The notes under the pieces were generated by a model. It was not told where the DNA came from, made no database searches, and saw only the letters and a program-made list of their open reading frames with translations. DNA of 64,000 nt, from contig OZ241832.1 in assembly GCA_965202585.1 (NCBI GenBank), positions 29,946,001 through 30,010,000 on the forward strand, given 5' to 3'. Every line of letters starts with the position of its first letter. The first letter of the stretch is position 1. Both the position numbers and the translations under genes were made by a program. Of the stretch, positions 63,560 through 64,000 are shown one piece after another. Source of the stretch: Thalia democratica. Taxonomy: Eukaryota.

Positions 63560-64000
63560 TTGATAACTTGATATTTTCTTTTTTAATGGTCAACTCGATT
63601 TATATCCGCATGAGGTCGTACACGAGCACAAGCTGTCGCCAAGCGTAAATTACCAAGTTCAAAAAAGAACAGAATTTTTCACCAAGTTCTAAAGAGTAGA
63701 AATTTTCCCAAGTTCCACTTCCGATGAAATACGATTGATACGTTCATTTTATCAAGGTGAATTGGTTATTTTGAATTAGTTCCCATTTTATTGTTTAGTA
63801 TACAAAATGATTGTAAATTAGAATAACACAAATAGCAATTATTCTGTAGATAAAAAATATTGTTTTAATATTTTTAGCTTAGATGATTTTTGATTAGTTT
63901 TTTTTTATATATAATTTTATTAACTAACAGTTTGCTGCAATTAATTTGAATGATGCTGATCAAGGAATGCGAACAGAGGTTTTCGTGAACATCCAAGTTT
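63560..64000 (+). repeat. Duplicated unit with a conserved GT-AG intron (copy 2, truncated by window end)
   Basis: Donor ATCAAG|GTGAAT near 63757 and acceptor CTAACAG|TTTGCTGC at 63930/63931. Homologous to 39560-40000. Confidence 0.6.

Overview
Very AT-rich eukaryotic (animal) genomic DNA with short GT-AG introns. The composition and transposon repertoire suggest a hydrozoan such as Hydra, but this is inference only. The left half (1-33 kb) holds three host genes in AT-rich spacer: an intronless orphan 7TM receptor (+, 1093-2049), a multi-exon IL-17-family cytokine (-, 14640-16141) with a foldback element just upstream, and a five-exon, strongly diverged CAF1/CNOT7-type DEDD deadenylase paralogue (-, 27247-29098). 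The CAF1 paralogue is the most interesting object. It keeps all four acidic catalytic residues but has Cys at the general-base His. It has substitutions at the CCR4-, NOT1- and BTG/Tob-contacting positions (CNOT7 C67, M141, K203). It has also gained a poly-lysine tail ending in a SERBP1/Stm1-like PxIDDxxxFPxL motif, which suggests a stand-alone, possibly ribosome-tethered nuclease. The right half (33-64 kb) is a graveyard of degraded transposase and LINE fragments (MULE, NOF-type MULE, Merlin, hAT, CR1/L2). These are locally reshuffled and almost all on the minus strand, resembling a uni-strand piRNA cluster. All translations, alignments and exon models were made by hand, and reference-protein residue numbers are from memory.
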